A stretch of DNA of 64,000 bases from Thermodesulfovibrionia bacterium (GTDB lineage Bacteria; Nitrospirota; Thermodesulfovibrionia; UBA6902), in contig JAGVGM010000348.1 of NCBI GenBank assembly GCA_020057065.1, positions 345-64,344 of the forward strand, written 5' to 3'. The first letter of the stretch is position 1. The number at the start of each line of letters is the position of its first letter. This document shows, piece by piece, positions 9,861 through 17,786 of this stretch. Position numbers and translations under genes: made by a program. A model generated the notes under the pieces. That model had not been told where the DNA came from. It searched no databases and saw nothing but the letters and a program-made list of their open reading frames with translations.

Positions 9861-11051
9861 CTACATTCTTTTTGTACGGGCGGGTTTTAAACCCGCCCCT
9901 ACTCTAAAACTCTCAACTATTTCTGCTGCTTTACTCTTTGCCCGGTTTGATGCATTTATTGTCTCCTCGATCGTTACAGCATTGAATGCTTTATGCTCAG
10001 CCATAGTTCCGGACACAACATGAGCGATCGATGTAAAAGATATTTCATTATCCAGAAACGCCTCTACAGCCACTTCATTTGCGGCATTCAATACACAAGG
10101 CATTGTTCCGCCTGTCCTTATTGCCTTATAAGTCAGAGAAAGAGAAGGATATCTTGCTGCATCCGGTTCTTCAAAAGTAAGCTCCCTGACCTCCGCAAGG
10201 TTGAGCATCGGCAAGACATCAGAAAACCTTTCAGGATAAGAGAGCGCATAGCTGATGGGCCCCTTCATATCCGGCAATGACATATGGGCAATCATGCTGC
10301 CATCGATAAATTTGACCATCGAATGAACTATACTCTGAGGATGAATGATCACCTCAACTTTTTCAGGTGGCAGATTGAAAAGCCAGCAGGCCTCAATAAC
10401 TTCAAGTCCTTTGTTCATCAGTGTAGCTGAGTCAATAGTTATTTTTCTTCCCATGTTCCATGTTGGATGTTTTAAGGCCTCTTCAGGGGCTGCCGAATCA
10501 AGCTCCGAAATTTTCTTTCTGAGAAAAGGGCCTCCTGACGCCGTCAACACAACCTTCTCAACCTCATTCATGTCCCTGCCGTTCAAACACTGAAATACAG
10601 CGCTGTGTTCACTGTCGACAGGCAATATTCTAACACCTCTTTCCGAGGCCTCAGAGATAATGATACTCCCGGCCATCACCAGCGCCTCTTTTGTTGCAAG
10701 GGCTATATCCTTTCCGGACCTGATAGCTTCATATGTCGGGACCAGTCCGGCTGACCCAACTATTGCTGATACGACCATATCCGCATCTTTATGGGTAGCC
10801 ACACTTACAAGCCCCTGCTCACCTGAAAGTATCTCAACCTGGAGATCCATCTTTCTCAGGGCTTCTGCAGCAGTTTCGTCGAATACCGCAACTATTTCAG
10901 GTCGTAAGGCCTGTATCTGATATTTCAGCAATTCTATATTGTTATTAGCTGCAAGCCCGACAACCTTAAATTTATCAGGATGGCTGCTTATGACTTCAAT
11001 GGTGTTCCTGCCAATAGACCCTGTTGAACCTAAAATGGAAAGCCTTTTCAA
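9861..11051 (-). CDS. dxr: 1-deoxy-D-xylulose 5-phosphate reductoisomerase
   Basis: 396 aa with the GSTGSIG NADPH motif and conserved cluster context. The last ~14 codons (VGAGLKPARTKRM) are read from the palindromic repeat at 9884-9912. Confidence 0.95.
   Translation of the reverse strand: MKRLSILGSTGSIGRNTIEVISSHPDKFKVVGLAANNNIELLKYQIQALRPEIVAVFDETAAEALRKMDLQVEILSGEQGLVSVATHKDADMVVSAIVGSAGLVPTYEAIRSGKDIALATKEALVMAGSIIISEASERGVRILPVDSEHSAVFQCLNGRDMNEVEKVVLTASGGPFLRKKISELDSAAPEEALKHPTWNMGRKITIDSATLMNKGLEVIEACWLFNLPPEKVEVIIHPQSIVHSMVKFIDGSMIAHMSLPDMKGPISYALSYPERFSDVLPMLNLAEVRELTFEEPDAARYPSLSLTYKAIRTGGTMPCVLNAANEVAVEAFLDNEISFTSIAHVVSGTMAEHKAFNAVTIEETINASNRAKSKAAEIVESFRVGAGLKPARTKRM
9884..9912. 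repeat. GC-stem palindrome (GTAsGGGCGGG-N-CCCGCCCCTAC family)
   Basis: GTACGGGCGGGTTTTAAACCCGCCCCTAC. Near-identical copies lie at 12584-12612 and 53439-53467, with variants at 33760-33784 and 56202-56225. Confidence 0.85.
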
Positions 11052-11863
11052 AAATACCTCACAATGAAATAAAGGACCGGCCCGGTTACAAGAAAGCCAT
11101 CGATCTTGTCAAGTATTCCGCCATGGCCGGGTATGAAATTACTCGAGTCCTTGACCCCTGCGTCTCTTTTAAACATGGATTCGATCAAATCGCCAATTAG
11201 TGCAGCAATTCCCAAAGTAATTCCGATTGTTATTACGCTCATTGTTGAAAGCGTGGGAATATCAAAAATATTTTTTATGATAACAACCCCCAATATTCCT
11301 CCGATTATACTTCCAAAGGCTCCCTCTATTGTCTTGTTTGGGCTTACAGCAGGATATAATTTATGTCGTCCCAGATATGTTCCAATGTAGTAAGCCATAC
11401 TATCAGAAAGCCACGTCGCTATATAAAGAAGGAATATGTACTCCAAACCATTATCCCCGGTCCTTAACAGCCATTGAAAGCTTAAAAAAAATGCTATATA
11501 AAAAAACCCTACGGTGATCGGAGCAATCTCAGACATGCATCCCGATGGTGTATTTGCGAAAAAAAGTCTTAGCAGTAATAAAAGCAACAGGCTGACAAAA
11601 ATACCTTCTTTAACATAAGCCGGATAACGGCAAAAAACATAAAACAACAAGATCCCGATCATTATACATGGGATATAGAGCCTTGCCGGTACCCTGTACA
11701 TTTCATAAAATTCCCGCATGGCAATCACTGCAACAACTCCGAGCAGGACAAGAAAATACGGCAGCGGCTCCAGATAATAAATATAAGCAATAAATACCGG
11801 CAATATTAAAGCGCCTGTAACATGCCTCTTTATAAGTGAACTGCTTTTTCCCTCTTTTTGCAT
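11048..11863 (-). CDS. cdsA: Phosphatidate cytidylyltransferase
   Basis: Multi-TM protein with C-terminal PGHGGILDKIDGF. I moved the start to ATG 11863 (MQKEGK...), 1 nt after the uppS stop (TAA 11867-11865). The longer track ORF would overlap uppS by 89 nt. Confidence 0.9.
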   Translation of the reverse strand: MQKEGKSSSLIKRHVTGALILPVFIAYIYYLEPLPYFLVLLGVVAVIAMREFYEMYRVPARLYIPCIMIGILLFYVFCRYPAYVKEGIFVSLLLLLLLRLFFANTPSGCMSEIAPITVGFFYIAFFLSFQWLLRTGDNGLEYIFLLYIATWLSDSMAYYIGTYLGRHKLYPAVSPNKTIEGAFGSIIGGILGVVIIKNIFDIPTLSTMSVITIGITLGIAALIGDLIESMFKRDAGVKDSSNFIPGHGGILDKIDGFLVTGPVLYFIVRYF

Positions 11864-11864
11864 C

Positions 11865-12566
11865 TTATTTACCTGCTTTCTCCGGCAGTGCACCGAAGCG
11901 CCGTTCCCTTCCCTGATATTCATTGATGGCTGCCATGAATTCTTCCCTTCCAAAATCCGGCCAAAGCGTCTCGGTAAAATAAAATTCAGAATATGCTGAC
12001 TGCCATAAAAGGAAATTGCTGAGTCTCATCTCACCGCTGGTGCGTATTATCAGATCAGGGTCTGGTATTCCCGCTGTATACAGATAAGATTCAAAGGCCT
12101 CTTCATCAACATCTTTGGCCCTGACGCCCTTCTTTATGATCTTTTTTACGGCATTTATTATCTCGGCCCTGCCTCCGTAGCTCAGCGCACTTGAAAGCAC
12201 AAGTCCTGTATTGTTTTTTGTCAGTTCCTCAAAGTCCCTCAATAATTTCCTAATATTATCAGGAAGCTTCTCAATATTGCCGACAGCCCTGAAAATTATA
12301 TTCATATCATGCAGCCTGTGCATCTCGCTTCTTAAATATTTATCAAGTATTCGCATAAGGGCCTTTACCTCGGTCATGGGTCTGTTCCAGTTTTCAATTG
12401 AAAAAGTATAAAAAGTGACCGCCTGCAGGCCGACTGCAGCAGCAGTATCTATTATTTCGTTTACTCTCTTGACCCCGTTTCTATGCCCCTCTATACGGGG
12501 AAGACCCCTCTGCCTGGCCCAGCGGCCATTTCCATCCATGATAAGCGCTACGTGTTTGATATTCAT
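11865..12566 (-). CDS. uppS: Isoprenyl transferase / undecaprenyl-diphosphate synthase
   Basis: 233 aa with HVALIMDGNGRWA and IRTSGEMRLSNFLLWQ. Confidence 0.95.
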   Translation of the reverse strand: MNIKHVALIMDGNGRWARQRGLPRIEGHRNGVKRVNEIIDTAAAVGLQAVTFYTFSIENWNRPMTEVKALMRILDKYLRSEMHRLHDMNIIFRAVGNIEKLPDNIRKLLRDFEELTKNNTGLVLSSALSYGGRAEIINAVKKIIKKGVRAKDVDEEAFESYLYTAGIPDPDLIIRTSGEMRLSNFLLWQSAYSEFYFTETLWPDFGREEFMAAINEYQGRERRFGALPEKAGK

Positions 12567-12583
12567 TATGCCTGAATTTTATT

Positions 12584-12612
12584 GTAGGGGCGGGTTTCAA
12601 ACCCGCCCTTAT
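12584..12612. repeat. GC-stem palindrome (same family as 9884-9912)
   Basis: GTAGGGGCGGGTTTCAAACCCGCCCTTAT in the 49-nt spacer between the FG-GAP gene stop and the uppS start. Confidence 0.85.
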
Positions 12613-12615
12613 AGA

Positions 12616-14388
12616 TCATTTCTCTCCTAAATCGTAATAATACAACACGCTGCCCTTTGATAGCTCCCCGGAAGCGGCATTCTGGAGCACTGACCACAAA
12701 CTTTCCTTTACAATAAAAAACAACTTATTCCCTTCTATCCAATAATCGGTTATCCTCCCCGGAAGTTCAGTGAGAAGTAGTTTCTCATCCATTTCGCCGC
12801 TGTCCCACCACAAGGAATGAATCTCTGTTCCCTTTGTTCCTAACCCGGGGGCATTTGTGAATAAAGGTATGTTGCTCACTACGATTAGTTCCTCTCCGCG
12901 ATCTGTCCTTACCGGGATAAGTCTGCCCCTGATATACCATTTTGCAACCGGGTTAGCTGCCGAATACGTGTTCTTTTCAAATGAAAATCTAAACTTTCCA
13001 TATGAACTGCCGCTTTTCCATATCTCATGTCCCTGATCGTCGTAGAGTATTAAATAACCGTCATCATCAAACGTCATAAGCTGATGCCGGCCGTTGTTCT
13101 GCCAGTCAACGAAAGTAAAACCATATATATTGATATCGGGAGGAAGGGCCATTTGCCTTTTGGGCTGATAAGTGCCGTCCTTCCATTCTCCCTCGTAAAC
13201 AGGACCGGCAAATATCCTGCCCGTATCAAACTTCTGCATAAACAGAGTTTTTCCACTGACCCTGAGAAAATACGGCATCTTATCCTTTATTTTTTTGTAC
13301 CTCTCTAAAGGATCATATTCAATAACTAACGATTTTACTGTAATATTATCAGACCTCATTGATGCCGCTCCGTCACCTGTGTTGATGCTGCCGGTTCCTG
13401 TCATATAGGTAATAAATATCTCCGCCTTCCCGTTATTATTGACATCCAGCACATCTATGGACAAATGTCTTTCCTGCGGGGTTCCTTTTAAAGACCATAC
13501 TTCCTGCAGTTTCTCTTTGAAATTATAGATGCTTATTTTATTGTCATCACTCACTATAAGCTCCATATTTCCGTCACCGTCAACATCACCAATCGCAAAG
13601 AGCTGCCCCCCCGAAAGACGGTAACTCCCTAACGGTTCCTTATTAACCAGTGAAGCTGAAACAAGCTCTTCCCCGGGTGAAAGCATTTTAACAGTGTCAC
13701 TGCCTGCTAATTCCTCCATGCCGGCAAATGCTTTTGCATCTTCTGCCCAGTACAATTTAATATTTAATGCCCTTTTTTCATCTTTGACAGGTGTTGAGAA
13801 TAAAAGGACCGCTTCAGCGTTCATATTCCCTGCAAGATGTGCGAGTTCCTCCGGTTGATATGTCGGCGTATATGATTCGAGAATTTCAAACCTTCCTGAA
13901 TCCTTTAACGAGCTGTAAAAGGCCTCGGACAGCATCCAGTCTGATTTCCTTTCCTGAAAAAAGGCGAGCTTTATCTTTGATGTAGTGATCCTTGCAACAT
14001 CTCCTGCTTTTATATCCCCTTTTATTACCGTACATATACAAAACCCTTTCGGTTCTTTGAACTCCTTTACTTCGATCTTACCGATAAATTCCTCCGCATT
14101 GCCCAGATGCTCTTTCGTAACAGGATGATAAAAAGGCTTTCCCTTTCTGTAGACGGAAAACCGCATGCCCTGCTTTATAATACCCTGCCCTTCAAATTTT
14201 ACAGATACAACTCCATCAGCAATATCAATAACCGTCCCATTTACCGGGGTGAAATATGAAAGGACAAAATCCCTTGCCGATGTAACCGGATGGTCCGTCT
14301 CAGCGTTTTGAGAAATATCTCCAAATACCGCCGAGTTTGCAGTAAATAATATGCAACTTATTAATATTGCAATATAAAATTTTTTCAT
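12616..14388 (-). CDS. Exported FG-GAP/VCBS-like repeat protein (possible lipoprotein)
   Basis: I set the start at ATG 14388 (GGGGA 6 nt upstream), giving MKKFYIAILISC (lipobox-like LISC). Repeats are DVDGDGNMELIV, DVLDVNNNGKAEIF and VDWQNNGRHQLM. Confidence 0.55.
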   Translation of the reverse strand: MKKFYIAILISCILFTANSAVFGDISQNAETDHPVTSARDFVLSYFTPVNGTVIDIADGVVSVKFEGQGIIKQGMRFSVYRKGKPFYHPVTKEHLGNAEEFIGKIEVKEFKEPKGFCICTVIKGDIKAGDVARITTSKIKLAFFQERKSDWMLSEAFYSSLKDSGRFEILESYTPTYQPEELAHLAGNMNAEAVLLFSTPVKDEKRALNIKLYWAEDAKAFAGMEELAGSDTVKMLSPGEELVSASLVNKEPLGSYRLSGGQLFAIGDVDGDGNMELIVSDDNKISIYNFKEKLQEVWSLKGTPQERHLSIDVLDVNNNGKAEIFITYMTGTGSINTGDGAASMRSDNITVKSLVIEYDPLERYKKIKDKMPYFLRVSGKTLFMQKFDTGRIFAGPVYEGEWKDGTYQPKRQMALPPDINIYGFTFVDWQNNGRHQLMTFDDDGYLILYDDQGHEIWKSGSSYGKFRFSFEKNTYSAANPVAKWYIRGRLIPVRTDRGEELIVVSNIPLFTNAPGLGTKGTEIHSLWWDSGEMDEKLLLTELPGRITDYWIEGNKLFFIVKESLWSVLQNAASGELSKGSVLYYYDLGEK

Positions 14389-14485
14389 ACGTTTCCCCTG
14401 ATATTTCATATGACTGGTTATTATACCCCAAATTGAACGATTTTAATAAATTCCTCTATCGGCTTTGCCTTAATATAGGTTTTCC

Positions 14486-14521
14486 GCAAAAGAAAGGGTT
14501 CAGTTTTAATCTGAACCCTCT
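14486..14521 (-). terminator. Rho-independent terminator after mlaD
   Basis: The minus-strand RNA reads AGGGUUCAG-AUUAAAA-CUGAACCCU followed by UUCUUUUG, 30 nt past the mlaD stop. Confidence 0.7.
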
Positions 14522-14551
14522 TTATCTATCAGACTATTGAACAATCCCACA

Positions 14552-16027
14552 TCAGGGCAAAGACGGACTCGGCATCTTCCCTAATAAATATTTAAAGTCC
14601 TCGTCCTCAAATTTCAGGCCGCCGCCTATGTATATTCCTCTTCTGCCGGAATTTAAAAGGTTATCGATACCACTGCTTATGAAGATATACTTAAAAACCC
14701 TGTAATCAACTCCTATCTTTGCGTGTGATTTTTCAGCCTCAGCCTCTTTAGCATTGAAATCCCACATATCGAATCTTACCCTGCCTTTGTCATTGTCAAA
14801 AAAGTAATCCGCTCCCAATCCAAATGTATTTTCGATCATTCCTATCCTTAATGCAATATCGTCAAACCGTCTTGCAAACTGCGCTGAGAACTCCATCTTG
14901 CTTGTTGTTTCTTCTTCGGTTGTTTTAACACCGTTTATTACTCTATCGGTCGTTTCAACCGTACCCTTTGGATCAGTCACTATACCGAGGACATAGTACT
15001 TATCTTTATTAGGCTGGAGGGTAAGATCAAAATATCCTTTCCAGTCGGCATCGGTGGTATTATATTCAGTGTGAAAGTCCATAAAGGTCTTCAGCCTTCC
15101 AACGAAATCGACTGACTTCCCGGCTTCATCAGAGATCTTGCTCAGTGAATTATAGATCTTATCTTCTTTCACAAGCTTGCCCAGGGTGCCTTCACCGCTT
15201 TCGATCTGCTGTGCAATTTTACTCGCAGACCTTGAGACCTCCCGGATATTCTCCATACTCTCCTTAAAATTGTATCTGTTTTCCCCGACCACTTCCTTCA
15301 GATCGCTCGCCAGCTTACCCAGGTCGTCTATAAGCTTTGGCCCCTTATCTCCCAATGTCTTTGCGGTCCTGCTCATATCATCCACAAATCCCGGTCCCTT
15401 TTCAGCAAGGGCTTCGGTGAATTTATCGAGTTGCACAATTACGTTGTGTAAAGGCACTTTATTGTCCTTCGAAATTTCCTTCAGATTCTGTGTAAGAGTC
15501 CTGAGGTTAAGAATAGACTCAGAAAGAGCTTCTCTCTCTTTGTCCCCAAAAACATCTTTAATGCTTTCGGTAAGATCGCCTATATTAGTTGCAGCAGATG
15601 TCAGTTCGTGCGCAAGCATATCTATATCGGCAGCATGTATAACATTTGTTAAGGTATCGCCGGATTTAAGAAGCGGTTGGTCCGGTGTGCCTGTTGAAAT
15701 AGCAAGATACCTGTCGCCAAGAAGTCCCGACATTTTCAGGGATACCGTTGCATTTTTATATAATTTTATATCAGGGTTAAGGAGAAGGGTAAGTTTTGCT
15801 TTTCCGTTCTCGAGAACTATCTTATCTACTATGCCTGCTTCCACCCCGGCAACTTTTATCCGTGATTTTTCATCCAGACCGCTTATGTCGTTAAATTCTG
15901 TATAAAGCTTGAACCCTTTTTCCCACATGAAAGTCATTCTTCCGACCTTGAAAGTCATATATGACAGCAGCATGATTACTATTATTGCAAAGATGCCGAC
16001 TTTCAGTTCTGTCGTTACGTTCTTCAT
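14552..16027 (-). CDS. mlaD: MlaD/MCE-family protein with long C-terminal extension
   Basis: N-terminal TM plus MCE domain (ELKVGIFAIIVIMLL...IKVAGVEAGIVDKI), a helical middle region, and a beta-rich C-terminal part of about 180 aa. Lies downstream of mlaE-mlaF. Confidence 0.8.
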   Translation of the reverse strand: MKNVTTELKVGIFAIIVIMLLSYMTFKVGRMTFMWEKGFKLYTEFNDISGLDEKSRIKVAGVEAGIVDKIVLENGKAKLTLLLNPDIKLYKNATVSLKMSGLLGDRYLAISTGTPDQPLLKSGDTLTNVIHAADIDMLAHELTSAATNIGDLTESIKDVFGDKEREALSESILNLRTLTQNLKEISKDNKVPLHNVIVQLDKFTEALAEKGPGFVDDMSRTAKTLGDKGPKLIDDLGKLASDLKEVVGENRYNFKESMENIREVSRSASKIAQQIESGEGTLGKLVKEDKIYNSLSKISDEAGKSVDFVGRLKTFMDFHTEYNTTDADWKGYFDLTLQPNKDKYYVLGIVTDPKGTVETTDRVINGVKTTEEETTSKMEFSAQFARRFDDIALRIGMIENTFGLGADYFFDNDKGRVRFDMWDFNAKEAEAEKSHAKIGVDYRVFKYIFISSGIDNLLNSGRRGIYIGGGLKFEDEDFKYLLGKMPSPSLP

Positions 16028-16124
16028 ATTCTTTAATTAATTTTTAATTACAAATTAACAATTCACAATTAATGAGTTATTTATTTCATTAATTATTAAT
16101 TAATCATTGCTCATTGTTAATTAT
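16028..16124. repeat. A+T-rich dyad spacer (TAATGAG/AATTAACAAT family)
   Basis: AATTAACAAT (left) faces ATTGTTAATT (right). It shares AATTAACAATT with 8573-8583. Confidence 0.7.
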
Positions 16125-16883
16125 CTATCTTTCCACCCCTTCTAAAACAATAGGTCCCGTTGCACTGCCTTTGGTGAACTGCCTTACAAACGGGTCCGAA
16201 GTGTTCTCAATCTCAACAGGGCTGCCCTCTGCGATAATTACACCATTATAAAGCATAGCGATCGTATCTGCAATCTTGTATGCGCTCTTCATGTCATGTG
16301 TAATTGTTACAGAGGTAACGTGTAATTCTTCCCTCATCTTTATAATAAGATCATTAATGGCGTCAGCCATTATGGGATCTAAGCCCGTGGTAGGCTCGTC
16401 ATAAAGAAGAATTTCAGGTGTCATGGCTATAGCCCTGGCAAGGCCTACACGCTTTCTCATACCTCCTGAAAGCTCTGATGGCATCACATTCTCAACACCG
16501 ACCAGCCCGACCATTTTAAGTTTCTGTACTGCAATCTCCTTTATCTCCGGATCGGTAAGATGCGTATGTCTTTTCAATCCAAAGCCGACATTTTCCCATA
16601 CCTTCATTGAATCAAAAAGCGCAGCCGACTGAAACAGCATGCCGAATTTCTTCCTGATGTCATGCAGTCCGTCCTCATCAAGTTGAGAGAGGTCGGTGGA
16701 ATCAATTATTACGGTCCCGCTATCAGGTTTCAAAAGACCGATTATGTGCTTCAGGAGCACGCTCTTTCCGGAACCGCTGCCTCCGATCACAACAACGCTA
16801 TCGCCTTTTTTAACCTTAAGGTTTACACCACGCAGCACGTCTTTTCCTTCAAAAGATTTATATATATCCTTAAGCTCGATCAT
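16125..16883 (-). CDS. mlaF: ABC transporter ATP-binding protein MlaF
   Basis: 252 aa with Walker A GGSGSGKS, signature LSGGMRKR and Walker B LLYDEP. Confidence 0.9.
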   Translation of the reverse strand: MIELKDIYKSFEGKDVLRGVNLKVKKGDSVVVIGGSGSGKSVLLKHIIGLLKPDSGTVIIDSTDLSQLDEDGLHDIRKKFGMLFQSAALFDSMKVWENVGFGLKRHTHLTDPEIKEIAVQKLKMVGLVGVENVMPSELSGGMRKRVGLARAIAMTPEILLYDEPTTGLDPIMADAINDLIIKMREELHVTSVTITHDMKSAYKIADTIAMLYNGVIIAEGSPVEIENTSDPFVRQFTKGSATGPIVLEGVER

Positions 16884-16886
16884 TTG

Positions 16887-16925
16887 TCTCTCTTAACTCT
16901 TAACTCCGAACTCTTAACTCTCTTA
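16887..16925. repeat. Simple-sequence spacer (CTCTTAA-type units)
   Basis: TCTCTCTTAACTCTTAACTCCGAACTCTTAACTCTCTTA fills the whole mlaE-mlaF spacer. Confidence 0.7.
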
Positions 16926-17699
16926 CTAGAACAGCCACGCAGACAGAAAATAATCAGATATAAGTATGGTCATTGATGAGTAGACCACTGCACCGGTTGT
17001 TGCATGTCCTACACCCTCAGCGCCTCCTCTGGTATAAAAACCCTTGTAGCAGCTTACAAGGGCAAATGAGGCGCCAAAAAAACATGCCTTGATCAGTCCA
17101 TTGTACACATCCTCTGTTTCAAGATAATCCCAGGTGGTCCTTAAATATGTTTTTGAACTTGTGCCAAGCAGTATCACTGTAACAAAATACCCGCCGATAA
17201 TACCCACAATGTCGGTCACTACAGTAAGGGCCGGAAGCATTATCGTGCCTGATAAAAATCTTGGCACTACAAGGTATTTTACCGGGTTAGTTGCAAGGGT
17301 CTCCAGGGCATCAATCTGTTCTGTAACCCTCATGGTCCCCAGCTCCGCCGCTATTGCGGCTCCGGCGCGTCCGGTAACAATAAGCGCCGTAAGGACAGGG
17401 CCCAGTTCTCTGGTCATGGAAAGCGCTACAACAGAACCGACAAGCCCCTCGGCCCCGAACCGCTTGAAACCCGTGTAACTCTGAAGGGCTAAGACCATCC
17501 CTGTAAATACAGCCGTGATCAGGACTACAGGCAGTGATTTCACTCCTATCTCAAGCATTTGCTTGATAATATTCCGTATCTCAAAAGGAGGTTTAAATAT
17601 CCACTTTATTGTTGAATAAAGCAGAAGCATGATCCTGCCGACCCCTGCAATCGGCCCTTCAATAATCAGGCCTATGTATTCAATGAGTTTTACAAGCAT
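16926..17699 (-). CDS. mlaE: ABC transporter permease MlaE
   Basis: 257 aa, multi-TM, MlaE/Ttg2B-like. First gene of the mlaEFD unit. Confidence 0.88.
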   Translation of the reverse strand: MLVKLIEYIGLIIEGPIAGVGRIMLLLYSTIKWIFKPPFEIRNIIKQMLEIGVKSLPVVLITAVFTGMVLALQSYTGFKRFGAEGLVGSVVALSMTRELGPVLTALIVTGRAGAAIAAELGTMRVTEQIDALETLATNPVKYLVVPRFLSGTIMLPALTVVTDIVGIIGGYFVTVILLGTSSKTYLRTTWDYLETEDVYNGLIKACFFGASFALVSCYKGFYTRGGAEGVGHATTGAVVYSSMTILISDYFLSAWLF

Positions 17700-17786
17700 G
17701 TCAAATTATACGATATTTTGAATTTTGCTGAAAGAGTTTTTTTTCGGTGTGTAATTGGGCATGAGGTTGTGTAGGGGCAGGTCGCA

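Noticed and set aside
12415-12630. Track ORFs ending or starting in ..CRGGFQTRPY.. (also 53397-53687) and MSGIFFKTRKDSGLSGMTKK (55527-55715)
   Set aside because: The conserved-looking peptides are just translations of the palindromic or hairpin repeat families. The ORFs otherwise overlap real genes in antisense or span intergenic DNA.
15177-15905. 242-aa plus-strand ORF
   Set aside because: It lies entirely inside and antisense to mlaD. Its composition is Ser/Leu/Pro-rich, as expected from the reverse complement of a K/E/D-rich gene. The same reasoning applies to the other long antisense ORFs, such as 1788-2252, 9206-9553, 17134-17478 and 44940-45317.
17700-17786. Possible island boundary repeats flanking the Type I R-M locus (compared with 24495-24639)
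   Set aside because: The left flank holds only a half-copy of the GC-stem motif (GTAGGGGCAGG), and the right flank is low-complexity GCGAAA/GCGGAA sequence. I could not find matching direct repeats.
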